64,000 bases of DNA from assembly GCA_051599415.1 (NCBI GenBank), contig AP039692.1, positions 434,001-498,000 of the forward strand, given 5' to 3'. Shown here in pieces: positions 21,550-35,054 of this stretch. Source of the DNA: Savitreella phatthalungensis (lineage: Eukaryota). Position 1 is the stretch's first letter. Each line of letters starts with the position of its first letter. The notes beneath the pieces were generated by a model, which worked only from the letters and a program-made list of their open reading frames with translations, had not been told where the DNA came from and did no database searches. The position numbers were made by a program, and so were the translations under genes.

Positions 21550-23807
21550 ATGTCGGGCTTCGATGCCTCAACAACTTACTCGGCTAGCGTCTTCGAAAGC
21601 GCAGCTGGAGCCAGTTCTGCTTCAGCGACGGAAAACCTCTTTCGCAACTTCATCAATGAATTCCAGCTCGGGCGCAGCTTCATCTACCGTGAACAGCTGC
21701 GGGCCAACGCCTTGATAGGACAGCCGAGACTGGAAGTTGATGTTGCTCATCTGATATCTTTTGATGAGCAGCTCGCTCATCGGTTGTCGACGAGCCCTGC
21801 CGAACTCATGCCTCTTTTTGAATCAGCGGCACTGCGCTTTGCCAGACAGCTGCTTGATCCACTTGGCACCACGGTATCAACAATACGTGAGTGCCAGGTG
21901 AGCCTGAAGAGTGCTGAGAATTTACTGTCCATTCGAGACCTAGAGGCAGCGCATATTTCGAGACTAGTGCGCATCTCGGGTATCATCATCGGCGCGTCGA
22001 CATTATTTGCAAAAGCGACTCGCCTGCAAATCATGTGCAAAAGCTGCAGAGTCGTGAAGAGTCTCGACTTGGCGGGTGGGTTCGCGGGTTTGCAGCTGCC
22101 ACGAGTCTGTGATAGCGTCCCTGCAGCAGGTGAGACGAAGGATTGCCCGATAGACCCGTACGTCGTTGTTCATGAAAAGAGCCATTTCATCGACCAGCAG
22201 AAACTCAAGCTGCAGGAAGCCCCTGATATGGTCCCAGTTGGCGAGTTACCGCGACACATCGAACTCAGCGCAGATCGCTATCTGACGAATAGAGCCAGCC
22301 CGGGCAGTCGTTGTACTGTCGTTGGTATTTATTCGATTTACAACAACAGCAAGACCGCCAAGTCAGCCGGCGCCATTGCAATACGGAATGCGTATATACG
22401 CGTGCTCGGCCTTGAGGTCCAAAGCGAAGGTATGACAGAGCTCGGCGCTACCATCTCTGCTAAGCAAGAACAGCTTTTCCTCGAGATGGCGAAGCGCCCT
22501 AACTTTCCCGATATTTTTGCACGGTCGATTGCACCCTCCATTTTTGGCAACGCAGACATCAAGAAAGCCATCGCCTGTCTGCTGGTCGGTGGCTCAAAGA
22601 AGCTCTTGCCAGACGGCATGAGATTGCGCGGAGACATTAACGTGCTCCTTCTTGGGGACCCGGGCACGGCAAAATCCCAACTGCTAAAATTCGTGGAAAA
22701 GGCTTCTCCAATCGCGGTGTACACCTCGGGCAAGGGCTCCAGCGCAGCTGGTCTTACTGCGTCCGTGCAGCGCGACGTAGCTACGCGAGAATTCTTCCTT
22801 GAAGGGGGTGCCATGGTGCTTGCGGATGGCGGTGTGGTATGTATTGACGAATTCGATAAAATGCGCGACGAGGATCGTGTGGCAATTCACGAAGCTATGG
22901 AACAACAGACTATCTCGATCGCTAAAGCTGGTATCACCACTATGCTGAATTCGCGCACATCGGTGCTAGCGGCTGCCAATCCGATATTCGGGCGTTACGA
23001 CGACCTGAAATCTCCAGGAGATAATATCGACTTTCAGACAACGGTGCTCTCGCGGTTCGACATGATTTTCATTGTCAAAGACGACCACAACGATAGTCGT
23101 GATCGGAGCATCGCGGAGCATGTGATCAATATCCATATGTCGCGACGGACAGACGACAATTCTGTCGAAGCTGAGATCCCTCTCGAACAGATGCGCCGGT
23201 TCATCGCTTACTGTAAATCGTGAGTTGCCTTAGGTAGCGATCAGCAATCACGTACTGACAAGAAACAGACATTGTGCGCCGCGGCTGTCTCCAGAGGCAG
23301 CGGAGAAGCTTTCGAGTCACTTCGTGGCTATACGTCGACAGGTGCAGCAGGTTGAGCAGGAAAGCAACGAGCGATCAAGTATTCCTATCACCATCCGTCA
23401 ATTGGAAGCCATTGTCCGGATCACGGAATCTTTGGCAAAGCTGACCATGTCATCCGTGGCTACCGAGACCCATGTTGATGAGGCTATCCGCCTGTTCCGA
23501 GCCTCAACTATGCAGGCAGTTGGCGAGGGCGCATCGACCCGTCAGGAACTGATCGAGGAAGTCGGCAAGATCGAGGAAGAGCTGCGACGTCGATTACCGA
23601 TAGGATGGACTACATCATACGCCACGCTTATACGCGAGTTTGTGAACGGCCGAGGGTTCTCCCCAAATGGCGTGAGGCATATCCGAATCGATACGAGCGC
23701 GACTGACCCTATTTTCCTAGCTTGCAAAGGCTCTACAAATGCTCGAAGGCCGAGACTCGATTCAGCGGCGTCAGCAAGGACAGCAGATCTTCCGTAGCGG
23801 TCCTTGA
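21550..23807 (+). CDS. MCM5: DNA replication licensing factor Mcm5, introns 23220-23268 and 23672-23720
   Basis: [52 protein letters not shown]. Spliced end [28 protein letters not shown]. Confidence 0.95.
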
Positions 23808-23824
23808 TCAATCTTTGGCTGATT

Positions 23825-24744
23825 TCAATCGTCCTCGCCCTACCAAAGATGTTAGTGACGATTCCATTCTTCGCTGGCAAGTATGGCCCGAGGAATTTTA
23901 CCAGATCGAATTGGTCCTCCGTGCTTGCGGTCTTCGTTCGAACGCTGGGTTGCAAGGGCTGCCATTTGCCTGCTTTTGGTGTCTCTGTCTTCGCTATACT
24001 CTTCCCTGACGTATCTGCAGTTGTGTTATCCTGACCCCTCGTTAAGCCTACGGTCGTGCTGTTCGCAGGCAAGGGTTCGGCAGGCAAGCCTTTGGAACGC
24101 TGCGTGTGATCAACCTGCTGGAGTTCACCTGTCCATTGAGTGAGCGACGGATCAGCTAAGTCCAAGTGCTCAGCATCGCGATCGTAAGAGCGAGAGCGAC
24201 CGTCCGATTTTACGTGCCTATCTTGCTGATCGTGCTCCAATACATGTCTAGTATCGATTGAGCTTGTAAGCATAGAGCTTTCGCCGCGAGAGTCGTCAAA
24301 CTTCTGGCCATACTGCGTTCGGAGGCTGGAAATGAAGTTTGTCACTTTCGTCTTGGTTTCGTTGAAGCCCTGGACAAGATTTTCGCGGATCTGTGGCAGC
24401 TCATCATCGAAGAAGGAACTCTGTTGTGTTGCGTCTCGCCGTAGAATTGCTTCTTCCCGCCGGTGCTGAGCGCGAGCAAGTCTCTCGCTGTTATCGGCCA
24501 CGAGTTGTCGTGCGTAATTCTCATCAGCTGCGATCTGTGCGCTTCGAGCCATGTCGTCAATGGAGCGGCGGGCTTCCAGTGGTTTTGTGTTGTCTATGTC
24601 GAACGCAGGGTCACTCATTCCAAGAAGAGCATCGATCGCCTTCAATTGATCGCCACCAGAAGCGTGCAGTACAGCCTTTACGACAGCTGGCTCAACATTT
24701 GGGAAGGCTTCTCTAAGCGCTGCCATAGCGTCCATACTCGACAT
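23825..24744 (-). CDS. CUE-domain ubiquitin-binding protein (Cue5-like), intron 23840-23901
   Basis: N-terminal CUE (LREAFPNVEPAVVKAVL...AIDALLGM), QIAADENYARQL, FFDDELPQIRENLVQGFNETK. Spliced end FDL|GEDD*. Confidence 0.85.
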
Positions 24745-25616
24745 TGCCGAAAGGATCTTGAGCGACGTCTCGGATGTCCACGATTCGACCTTATACGCTT
24801 GATCGTCCTCAACCCCACAATTCTACACGGACGTCTGAAGCGGGTCTTCCTAACTGGAAGACAAAGTTTTCCAAATACGCAATTAAAAGTGATCAGTAAA
24901 GTCAAATCATCGCGATGACATACGGTATCACACTGTAGCAGCCAGACTTCCTCAGATCCAGCACGGCGCTCGCAACTTCTGTCTGAAAGCTCCTGTAGTC
25001 CGTCACTTGACCAGGCATTTATGGCAGTGTGCGATCAGGGACAAATCCAGCGCTCAGGACAATGTCCAGCAGTCAGCTGCACATAGTACATGGAGACATA
25101 CAGATTGCTCAAAGAATGAGAGGCGCATGTGCCTTGTGGCACGGTTCTAGGTTAGCGGCCAGCCGTGTTCCTTGCTCCTGTGTTCTGAGACACAATGCCA
25201 GACACACTCAAGGCTACCTGCTCAGTCTTCTTCGATGAGGAACACCTGACGGTAGCCCACGATTGGAGAACATTACGAATGGCATCCGCTGCCACGGCGT
25301 ACGTGCATTGATCATCGTTGCTCCCGAAATGATGTAAATCCACGTAAGTGCGATACTGTTTTGTGCATATTTAGCCTTGGGCCAGGCCTGCGATGTATGC
25401 GCCTGAAGATGATCTTCATTCTTACTTAAATCATTGATCTTCCAGTTTCGGTTCAATGCATGCACCTGATGTAGATTCGACAGAAAGACCCACGATCTAT
25501 GAAGAGCCCTTAACGACAGTCGTGGACTAGATTTCAGGCATCACGCAATATAGTACAGAAACGATGATCTGAAGCGTCGTTGATAGGCGGTCAGCCAGCT
25601 TCACAGCTTCCATCTC

Positions 25617-26546
25617 ATGCCTGCAGATTGGCATGTGTCTGCGGCTGCATCAACGGCGTCGTTGGTATCGACGTCGCTCGGATATCCAATAGATTCGATT
25701 AAGACGCGCATGCAGACTTACAGCTATGCGTCTATAGTCGACTGCGCACGGCAGACTTACAGAAGTGAAGGCGCTGCCGGTTTCTACAGGGGTCTCGCAA
25801 TACCGCTGCTGACAGTCACGCTAGCCAGGACAACTTCGTTCAGCATCTACGAAGGTTCTCGCAAATCCGTAGCAGTGCTGACGCAAGGTTCGCCGCAGGA
25901 TCTTGCAAGCACTTTCATCGGAGGTTTGGCAGCAGGTTTATCAGTGTCCGCCCTCGCTGCGCCATTTGAGCTTACCAAGCTGGCGAGCCAGCTCGAAAAG
26001 CTCATCCATGGCCCACGTGGCTCCACAGCCAGATCTAGCACTGTGATGACCACGGCAAAGGCAATATACGGTGTGTCCGGTATCCGTGGCTTCTATGCTG
26101 GATATGGCTGGCATGCAATGCGCGATGGTCTAGGAACCGCATTCTTCTTCTCAACATACGTCAAAGTCAAGGCGTATTTGTCACAATACAGCAAGGGCGG
26201 TGCAGAGCAGCCATGGATGCATGCCGTTTCTGGAGGCACATGCGGCATTGTCGCATGGACGCTTGTGTATCCTATTGACACCTTGAAAGCGGTTACACAG
26301 CGCGACCTTCTGCAAGGCAAAGATGGCCGCACGACAGCGATCGCTTGGCGAACGCTGTATCGCGGTGTGCATGTATCGCTGATCCGCAGCGGCATGATCA
26401 ACTCCGCAAACTTCATGATGTAATTGCCCACGTTCTAGCTTCTGTCCAGCGGCTCACGTACTGACTCCTATAGTTACGAGCAGGTGCTAAAGTACTTGCA
26501 TACCCTCGACCGGACAAATGATTCAGAACATTGTGATGTATCATGA
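25617..26546 (+). CDS. Mitochondrial carrier family protein (SLC25), intron 26420-26473
   Basis: Three PX[DE]XX[KR] repeats: YPIDSIKTR, APFELTKL, YPIDTLKA. Spliced end FMI|YEQVLKYL. Confidence 0.9.
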
Positions 26547-27214
26547 ACAGGACCGCCAGGAGAAACGATCGGCGAATCTGACCAAACCGACAATTTACTG
26601 TGGAAGTCGCAGCCCTGTGGTGCTCAAGGCCTCGCTCGTCGAAAGTACACCTCAAGTCATCCAAGCACATTCACGCTCAGAATCACGATAAATTGATTAA
26701 TGGTCGAGCTGAAAACACGGAATACATGGCGATTCATGCAGTTTCACTGTGCCAATAAGTAAACAATCTGTATGCACGATAGTTCATTAAATATAAATTA
26801 CATACACAAGATAGATGTGTCTAAGGAATGTGCTGTATATTTTGACAATTGAGACTTGAATTGACTTCAATCTGTTTAAATTATATATAATTTAGATTGT
26901 GTACGACGGGTTTAAGATCTGCACAGTACATATCGTCTCATCAGTGCTATATTTAGCATTTAACATGACAACCCCTGAAGAAGGTTCGCCAAGCATGTCC
27001 CTTTGTAGGTATATGCGCGCCTGTGCGTACAAACGTCAATAGTTGGATCATCACGGGCACGACGGAATCGACCCTCTGAGGAGTCATCTCGAGGAGCGTA
27101 AGAAATACCTTTGCGTCGAACGAAAACCCTGATCTCGGCCGGACAATCTGTTTAAGCTGCGTCTTCGCCAAGTGCTCCGCAAGCAGGACAAACTGCATAA
27201 GACGAAAGCCTTTC

Positions 27215-29506
27215 ATGAGTCAGGCACGTCATGGATCGTCCTCGGCAGGCGGCACGCTCGAGCAGCAATTACGGCAATCCATTGAAGAACACATGCAAAT
27301 ATATCGACAACAAGTCGAACCTCGAACGCGAGCCGCGGGTTTAAGTCGCATTAAGCTTTACGACTTCATAATCCATCGCGACCGCAGCCTACAACGACGC
27401 AAACGTGTGCTCGTCGAGAAAGCGATTGATGCTCTTTGTCGGGATCTTGACACGGAGGAAGCAGGGCAGAAACTGGCCGACGTTACCCTGATAGAGAGCG
27501 ACAATGACGAATCGCATGCACATGACAATTCCTTACGTGATGGTCGGGGCATGAATGAGCTCATCACATCGACATGGGAGGCGAAGATGAACAAGGGCCC
27601 CGGAGAATCTTCAATCTTGGGATCCGGCATGTCTGCCACTTCCATGTCGAAGCGGAGAGCGCTATCTGATGCGACACGAAAAACAGCCAAACGCAACAAA
27701 GCACGGGAAGATCACCTGCCAATGAGCTTCGTCAGTCTACAAAGCCTCGGTGGTATCGATGACTGTATTGAGGAGGTGCTTGAAACAATCGTGATGCCGT
27801 TGCGTCATCCCTCAATTTACACTCGCATTGGCATATCTACACCCCGAGGAGTTCTTCTGCATGGGCCTCCGGGTTGTGGTAAGACGCTTTTGGCGAACGC
27901 TGTCGCTGGTGAAGTTGGTGTTCCCTTCATCTCCGTATCAGCTCCTGCCATCGTGTCGGGAATGTCCGGCGAGTCGGAGCGCAAACTGCGGGATATTTTC
28001 GAGGAAGCTCGCTCCTTGGCTCCTGCTATTCTGTTTATTGACGAGATTGATGCAGTGACACCCAAAAGAGAGAGCGCACAACGCGAGATGGAAAGACGCA
28101 TTGTTGCACAGCTTCTGACTTGTATGGACGATCTATCTTTGGAGAAAACCGATGGAAAGCCCGTCATTGTGATCGGCGCTACGAATAGGCCAGACAGTCT
28201 GGACGCAGCTCTTCGACGGGCTGGCCGGTTTGATCGAGAGATCTGCCTCGGCGTGCCGAGTGAAGAAGCGCGAGTCAAAATTCTGAATGTTTTGACAGCC
28301 GGTCTTAAACTTGCGAACGATGTAGACCTGATCGAGCTTGCCAAGGCAACGCCGGGCTACGTTGGTGCTGACATTAAGGCGCTGTTGGCCGCTGCTGGTG
28401 TTGCAACGATCAAGCGGATGCTGCATAAATTCGCGATGATCCCCGGACCGCCCTCGGGCGAAACTTGGGATTCTGCTATGACGGACGACGGCAACTCGTC
28501 CGCGAAGGCCCAGCCGAGTGGACATGACATGTTCCGGCGATTCGTTCTCGAGGAAGGGCATCATTTGACGGACGAGGAAATCGAGTCTGTTTGCATCGAT
28601 AAGACGGACTTCGATGCCGCGCTCAAGCTTGTTCAACCGTCATCAAAGCGTGAAGGTTTCACGACGGTTCCCAACGTGAGCTGGACCGATATTGGAGCTT
28701 TGGAAACCATCCGAGGCGAGCTCCAAATGGCAATTGTCCAGCCCATTCGTCGACCTGAATTGTACCGACAGGTAGGCATCAGCGCTCCAGCAGGTGTTCT
28801 GCTCTGGGGCCCTCCGGGCTGTGGAAAGACGCTGCTAGCGAAGGCGGTTGCGAACGAATCCAAAGCGAATTTTGTTAGCATCAGAGGCCCAGAGCTGCTC
28901 AATAAGTATGTCGGTGAGTCTGAAAGAGCGATGCGGCAAGTTTTTGCTCGAGCCCGCGCAAGCGTGCCATGTATTATCTTCTTCGATGAGCTCGATGCAC
29001 TGGTGCCAAAACGCGACGACGCCTTATCGGAGTCCTCTGCACGTCTCGTCAATACGCTTCTGACTGAGCTCGATGGTTTGGAGGATCGCAATGGTATCTT
29101 TGTCATTGCAGCCACGAACCGGCCAGATATAATCGATCCCGCGATGCTGCGTCCAGGACGTCTCGATAAACCTCTCTTTGTCTCATTACCCTCGGTTGAC
29201 GAGCGGCACGAGATTCTACAGACGCTCTCCCGGAAGACGCCTCTTTCTGATGATGTCGACTTAAATTTGATCGCACGTGATGAACGGTGCGCCAATTACA
29301 GTGGCGCAGACCTGGCAGCTCTGGTCCGGGAGGCCTCTGTCACCGCGCTGCGCCGAATGGTGTTCGACTCATCATACGAGGTGACTAGCAACGAGACTGT
29401 CACGGTGACAAGCTGCGATTTTGAGAATGCTCTCATCACCGTTCGACCGAGCGTCTCGGATGTACAGCGGCACAGTTACGAGAGCCTACGACGACACTAT
29501 AGCTAG
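27215..29506 (+). CDS. RIX7: Ribosome-biogenesis AAA+ ATPase Rix7/NVL
   Basis: Two AAA modules (GPPGCGKT twice), [27 protein letters not shown]. Confidence 0.93.
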   Translation: MSQARHGSSSAGGTLEQQLRQSIEEHMQIYRQQVEPRTRAAGLSRIKLYDFIIHRDRSLQRRKRVLVEKAIDALCRDLDTEEAGQKLADVTLIESDNDESHAHDNSLRDGRGMNELITSTWEAKMNKGPGESSILGSGMSATSMSKRRALSDATRKTAKRNKAREDHLPMSFVSLQSLGGIDDCIEEVLETIVMPLRHPSIYTRIGISTPRGVLLHGPPGCGKTLLANAVAGEVGVPFISVSAPAIVSGMSGESERKLRDIFEEARSLAPAILFIDEIDAVTPKRESAQREMERRIVAQLLTCMDDLSLEKTDGKPVIVIGATNRPDSLDAALRRAGRFDREICLGVPSEEARVKILNVLTAGLKLANDVDLIELAKATPGYVGADIKALLAAAGVATIKRMLHKFAMIPGPPSGETWDSAMTDDGNSSAKAQPSGHDMFRRFVLEEGHHLTDEEIESVCIDKTDFDAALKLVQPSSKREGFTTVPNVSWTDIGALETIRGELQMAIVQPIRRPELYRQVGISAPAGVLLWGPPGCGKTLLAKAVANESKANFVSIRGPELLNKYVGESERAMRQVFARARASVPCIIFFDELDALVPKRDDALSESSARLVNTLLTELDGLEDRNGIFVIAATNRPDIIDPAMLRPGRLDKPLFVSLPSVDERHEILQTLSRKTPLSDDVDLNLIARDERCANYSGADLAALVREASVTALRRMVFDSSYEVTSNETVTVTSCDFENALITVRPSVSDVQRHSYESLRRHYS

Positions 29507-31584
29507 ACGACCTCAGCAACGATTTCACTTGCTTGCGTCAATGAGGCCACCATCCTCTGGCACTCCTTGCGTCTCTGAATCGTGTAGTCGCTCTCTTTGA
29601 GCAATTCATCCAGCACGTCGCTCTTGTAGAGCTTTTCGAGCAGCTCTCGTTGCATGCCTTCTTTGCAGTGATGGACTAGGTTTAACATGATGCTTTTCGG
29701 GACCATGTCGATCATTGTGCGCTTCACAATGTTGAAATAAGAGTTGATCAACAGCTTGATAACTTCGGTCTCAACTGTTTCGCGTTCCGAGAGCGTGCCA
29801 GAAGCTTTGAGCACCGGCGGTGGAGGGTCCATGGCTGCCATTTTTTTTTTGTTTTTCGTCGCGAAAAAGCTGCCAAAAAAGCCCGTATTCTCAGGCTCCA
29901 GTGTCTGCGACGTCTGTTGCTGTGCCATCGGTAATGGCTTTCCTGTCTTCGGATCGACCTGGACCGGCTTTGCAGCATTACGGTTTTCGTTGACGATCGC
30001 CATGGCTCGATGGCCGTTCAGAAAGTCGGGGTGACCGGTATTGATATAGCAGGCCTCCATTGAGACGAGATCCGAGACAAGCTTGTTTGTCGGCGTCATC
30101 GCAGCCTTGAAGAACGCGATCACCACGCTGTGGAATTTCTCCTTGAGCGCCGGATATCGCTTGAACACTGGTTTTGCCAATAGCTGTGTCAGGATGCGAG
30201 TGAGCTCATCGTAGACCAGCGTTGCACACTTCAGACTCGGGTCTTCAAATCGGCGGATCTGTTGCTTGATAATGACTTCGAAAGCGGCCGTGCCGACAAA
30301 TAAGGCGGGGCTCGAGCCTGACGAATTGTACAGAATCGTTCGTATGTCGACGTCTTTTACAAGGTCGAAAGGATCGACAGCTTTGACGCCACCTGCATAC
30401 AACTCATGAAATACAAAGCTGATGCGTGCACCCCCGGACAGCTCCATAGTCGAGAGATCTTGATTCTGTCCATCAATAGCGGTGCGAAACTCGTTACAGA
30501 ATTCCGTTATCACGTTCAGCACCATGTTGGAGCTATTGCCTAAAATCGAGTCTCCAAGTGTGCTGAGCTCGGCCGAATACTTCGCTAGGGATGCTCCGAT
30601 TTTCGCTTTGATCTCTGGCAGTGTGTTCCGGATGTGGTGCATGAGGATCGTGTTGAGCTTGCGTGCCAAAAAAGGTGTGCCGCAATACTGGGCCTTGGAT
30701 CTATAGGCAGGGTGATTCTCAAAGAACTCACGCTCGGCGTCGAGCGCGCTCGAGATCGCCTTCTGGTTCTCGATATCTCGCTGACCTCTGTTAACTACAG
30801 GTACGTAGCCAAGTCTGAGCGGAATGACACGACCTGCAAGAATATCAACCACGTCCGTGCCAGCATCCATCAGATCAATCTTGGTTAAAACGCCGATCGT
30901 GCGTGTTCCCTCCGGATCGACCTCTCTTGCAAGCTTCAGACCATCCGAATTAGCTAGATCTGTGTTGCCCGAAGTCACTGCCAAAATGATGGCATTTGGA
31001 CGCGTGATGTACTTCAGAATCATCTCTCGGATCTGTTTCTCTATGTCCTTCGGCTGATCCCCAACAGGCACCTTAGTAAGGCCTGGCAAGTCCACAAGTG
31101 TCAATGTGAGTACCTTCGGCGAGTATATGCGCAAGTTGATCGGCACAGCGGATATCCCTTGCCCCTTGCCAGTCTTTGCCTCCGTCTCGCGAACGATCTC
31201 GTTCCGGATATCGTTGAAGTTGTGGAATTTTTTGCCCGGCAGATGGAGAAATTCACCCCATTCATCCGCGTTAGCTTTGGCATCAGAAGACGCATCGATC
31301 AGAACAGCCGCTCCGGTCGTTGAGCCTGATTGTGGCTGCATCGCGGCTGATCTATTGATAAGTTGCAAGACTAGAGGTCGGCGAGTGACAATGCCTGTTC
31401 CACGAGGTAGAAAGTCGCGACCAACAACATTCTCTAACACCGAGGACTTCCCACTGCTCTGAGATCCTATGACGGTTATCTGTGGCAAGTCGACTGGATT
31501 GGTTACGCCGACAGTAGCAAATGCATCCTGCAACCTGTTGATCGTGCGGATCAAGCCTGGGTCGGATATTCCAGAGCCAGACAT
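29503..31584 (-). CDS. VPS1: Dynamin-like GTPase Vps1
   Basis: [17 protein letters not shown], middle domain and GED ([18 protein letters not shown]). Confidence 0.93.
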   Translation of the reverse strand: MSGSGISDPGLIRTINRLQDAFATVGVTNPVDLPQITVIGSQSSGKSSVLENVVGRDFLPRGTGIVTRRPLVLQLINRSAAMQPQSGSTTGAAVLIDASSDAKANADEWGEFLHLPGKKFHNFNDIRNEIVRETEAKTGKGQGISAVPINLRIYSPKVLTLTLVDLPGLTKVPVGDQPKDIEKQIREMILKYITRPNAIILAVTSGNTDLANSDGLKLAREVDPEGTRTIGVLTKIDLMDAGTDVVDILAGRVIPLRLGYVPVVNRGQRDIENQKAISSALDAEREFFENHPAYRSKAQYCGTPFLARKLNTILMHHIRNTLPEIKAKIGASLAKYSAELSTLGDSILGNSSNMVLNVITEFCNEFRTAIDGQNQDLSTMELSGGARISFVFHELYAGGVKAVDPFDLVKDVDIRTILYNSSGSSPALFVGTAAFEVIIKQQIRRFEDPSLKCATLVYDELTRILTQLLAKPVFKRYPALKEKFHSVVIAFFKAAMTPTNKLVSDLVSMEACYINTGHPDFLNGHRAMAIVNENRNAAKPVQVDPKTGKPLPMAQQQTSQTLEPENTGFFGSFFATKNKKKMAAMDPPPPVLKASGTLSERETVETEVIKLLINSYFNIVKRTMIDMVPKSIMLNLVHHCKEGMQRELLEKLYKSDVLDELLKESDYTIQRRKECQRMVASLTQASEIVAEVV

Positions 31585-32027
31585 ATCTTGCAGATGGACG
31601 CTTGACGCAGGCTACCAGGTGATGGCGAATTCCGATATAGCTGACAGTGACAAGTCCTGCAGGTGTTACACGTTGTCACAGTTGTGCTACTGAGACGTGT
31701 ATCGATTGATCAACCCCACCGGATCGTGTCAGCTAAATTCCACAACCGAGCGTGTTCAATTCATACAGTCATATATTGATTGCAAGGACAATTGATTCTA
31801 CCCGGTGCTCCGCTTCATGGGCTCAATTGAAAATCGATGTGTTTTTTCGATCGATGCGTCGATACAATTTATATGTACATCGATCGCAATCACACGTACA
31901 TGCATATCGTGAATATACTGTATGCTGTAAATCAAATTAGTTTGTGGAAGAAGACATCTTAAACACTCACCGTGCACGAACGGACGCCCCAGGCGACATA
32001 ACAGTCATGATTTGAGGCAAATTGTAG

Positions 32028-33290
32028 ATGGACCAGCATGGAGATGGAGATCACATACGGGATTTTGTGCTCTTGCGCAAGCTTGGATCAGGCTCGTTTG
32101 GCACGGTCTGGAAAGCGTTGTCTCGCAAGACTGGTCAGGAGGTTGCCATCAAGATGATCGACCTTGAGCAATCCGATGAGGATATCATGGAACTTCAAAA
32201 GGAGATAGCTCTCTTGAAGTCTTGCGACACGCGCTTCGTGACGGAATATCACGAGTGCTTCGTCTATCAAGCCCAATTGTGTATTGTCATGGAGCTGATG
32301 GCGGGCGGATCAGTTGTCGATCTGGCTGGCTCTCTCTCGGAAGCACAAATAGCGCGGATCTGTAAAGATACCCTTACTGGCTTAGAGTATCTTCACAGTC
32401 AGGGTCGTATACATCGAGACATCAAGGCGGCCAATGTCTTGATTGGCGCCGAAGGGACATGTAAGTTAGCCGATCTTGGCGTTGCTGCGCAGGTATCGTC
32501 ACAACGATCGCAGCGGCATACCTTTGTAGGTACTCCGTTCTGGATGGCTCCGGAGGTAATTGAGCAGGCAGGATACGACACACGTGCGGACATCTGGTCA
32601 CTCGGCATTACGGCTATTGAATTAGCTACAGGCACTCCGCCATTGACCCATCTCCACCCTATGCGCGCTATCTTCCATATTCCCAAAAATCCGCCGCCAT
32701 CACTCCCATCATGTTTTTCCGCAGCTTTTCAGGATTTCGTGGGATGCTGTTTGCGAAGGGATCCGCGGACCAGGCCCGCGGCTCGAGAATTGCTTTCGCA
32801 TCGGTTTCTAAATGCAGCCTGCGATCCTGGCGCGCTTGTCACTGTCGATCGGAAAATCTCATCTCTCCCTGTCGATAAGCTCTCGAAGACGATCGATGCT
32901 AATATCGCAACGCTGCGCCCATCGCCGGCTCAGCCCAAAGATTCATGGGGAACTTCGTGGCCTGACGCTCGATCAAATCCCGCTCCAGCCGAAATCAGTG
33001 CGCTCGAGATGCAGTTTCGCAAGGATTATCCTGAAGAGTCACTCGAGCTCGTTCGCCCATTCCTTCGGCACATCGAGGAGATCTCATGCCGCGATCGCCA
33101 GCTCCTGGAGAAGTTACTGCGCTTCAGCACCGAACAATTGGACGACGGCAATCGAGGTATACCGGCACGCACTGTTCGCGAGCCGACTCAAGGGCGATCT
33201 GTAATTTGCCCAGAACCCGTTGCACCGATAAGCAGGCTTCTATACCAACGATGGCTCGAAGACATCCAGCGGAGATGGCGAGGAAACTGA
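32028..33290 (+). CDS. Ste20/GCK-family Ser/Thr kinase (Sid1/Sps1-like)
   Basis: GSGSFG, VAIK, HRDIKAAN, DLG, FVGTPFWMAPEVI. C-terminal LLYQRWLE motif. Confidence 0.9.
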   Translation: MDQHGDGDHIRDFVLLRKLGSGSFGTVWKALSRKTGQEVAIKMIDLEQSDEDIMELQKEIALLKSCDTRFVTEYHECFVYQAQLCIVMELMAGGSVVDLAGSLSEAQIARICKDTLTGLEYLHSQGRIHRDIKAANVLIGAEGTCKLADLGVAAQVSSQRSQRHTFVGTPFWMAPEVIEQAGYDTRADIWSLGITAIELATGTPPLTHLHPMRAIFHIPKNPPPSLPSCFSAAFQDFVGCCLRRDPRTRPAARELLSHRFLNAACDPGALVTVDRKISSLPVDKLSKTIDANIATLRPSPAQPKDSWGTSWPDARSNPAPAEISALEMQFRKDYPEESLELVRPFLRHIEEISCRDRQLLEKLLRFSTEQLDDGNRGIPARTVREPTQGRSVICPEPVAPISRLLYQRWLEDIQRRWRGN

Positions 33291-34163
33291 AATCCGCTAT
33301 AATCTGGTTGCCATGACACAATGGCGGTCAGTCGGTCTGTTCTCGCCGAATCTTCTGGCTCGGCGTTGTTGATGATTTTCGCGATGGCCACCTGAGCGCC
33401 GTACGACTGCTCATGTGAAACTTCTGCACGATGAATGAGATGTCAGCCAGAGATTGTGATTGACCGGGCCATTATCTCCCGATTTGTCAGGTATGACGAC
33501 TTGCCTCATGCTAATTCACGCAGGATCGCAAAAAGTAGCGCCACCCGGGAGCACCAGATAGGACCGCTCGGACAGGGATGGCATGAGAAGACTGAGCGGA
33601 AGCCAGACGGGACCATATTGCGTGACCAGACTTGCCTTCCGAAACACAAAACGTCGGACTTCGCTCGCGCAGCTTCCTACTGCCTACGTATGCATATCTC
33701 TTGCGATTGACCACCCCGGCCATTTCGTGACCTCCCTCGTCGATTTTTTCAGCACTCGCATTTAACCTGAGTCTGTGCTCCGGTCTATGTCATCCGGATG
33801 GCCATGATTTCGAGACTATTGCCTCATCGTCTTGAGAATCTTAGGCGGGTGTCCACATGCTAGACCATACAGTAGCACTTCGATTGGCTGTCTGCCGGGT
33901 TGTATCTTGCTGCCTTGCTATTGCTCCGATCTAGCTCAAATATCCACTTCATTCGGAACAATTTGCAGGACATTTGCCTGGGCCTAAAAGGGAAGGGCAA
34001 AGCATCATCGATACAAACTAGACACTACAGGCTGAATACACGATGCGGGTAGGGTGTCTTTCAGCAGTGTATGAATCCAGAAAGCTTTTGTATCTTGTAG
34101 GCAGGCTTCACAAGTCATGCAGACAGGTTCTAGACATATTGCGCCGGGATTCAAGGGGTCAAT

Positions 34164-34788
34164 TTGTCATGACCGCTCAAGTCATATGTGCTGATTGTAC
34201 ACACTCATACACAATGCTGTCACTCCTTCAATCACTCAGATTATCCAGGTATGTATGACAAGATTGTAGCCCCATGTGGAGCCATCAAATAGTTTATGTT
34301 CTGTGCTACATCCAGTGTTGCAGAGAACAATTGCAGGATCCAAGGATAACAGACAAAGCAACACAGATACAATCAAGACAAGACAAGAAGACTGTTGCAG
34401 AGGACGCAAGAGCAACAGACAAAGCAATATGGGCACAAGACAGACAACACAGGAGGACACAGACAGAGTCCACCAAGGAACACAAACAGACACAAACAAG
34501 CACAAACAGACACAGAGGGACTACAAGAGACGGCCTAGGCGGTGGCACCAACCATGCTATACCTGATACAGACCACAACTCTGCTGACATGGCAGGTTGA
34601 TGAGGGATTGCAAGAGGACGCAACATGCTGTACAGAGACAGCGTGCCAAACATCACCACTATCAGGACCTAGCACAGAACAATACTATTTGACAACTCCA
34701 TACAGGGCTACTATCTTGTCATATGCAGACCGAGTGATTGCGGAAGTGACAGTGTTGTATACAAACCATATACAATTGACCCGGGCCA
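34164..34788. repeat. Left arm of a 625-bp inverted repeat
   Basis: Reverse complement of 35706-36330 (paired coordinates sum to 70494). Mirror ORF translations in the track are identical. Confidence 0.97.
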
Positions 34789-35040
34789 CAGAGGTGGTCG
34801 CAACACACATATGGAATTAACACCTTGTCATACATAGACCGAGTGATTGTAGGAGGGACAGCGTTGTGTACAAGTGTATGCAATCGACCCGGACGACTTA
34901 GCGCTCGTGACATATATGATATGAGCATACCTTGAGAACATGCTTTCCATGAGAACAATCAGATATCATCCGTTTGAGGCAAATCAACACAATTGTTGTT
35001 GGATACAACGTCGGAGTTTCACGCTATATTCATGCATAAA

Positions 35041-35054
35041 GTGTGTGTGTGTGT
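35041..35054 (+). repeat. (GT)7 microsatellite in the inverted-repeat core
   Basis: gtgtgtgtgtgtgt read directly. Confidence 0.85.

Noticed and set aside
23542..23824. Apparent long CDS overlap of the CUE ORF with MCM5
   Set aside because: It disappears once introns 23840-23901 (minus) and 23672-23720 (plus) are spliced.
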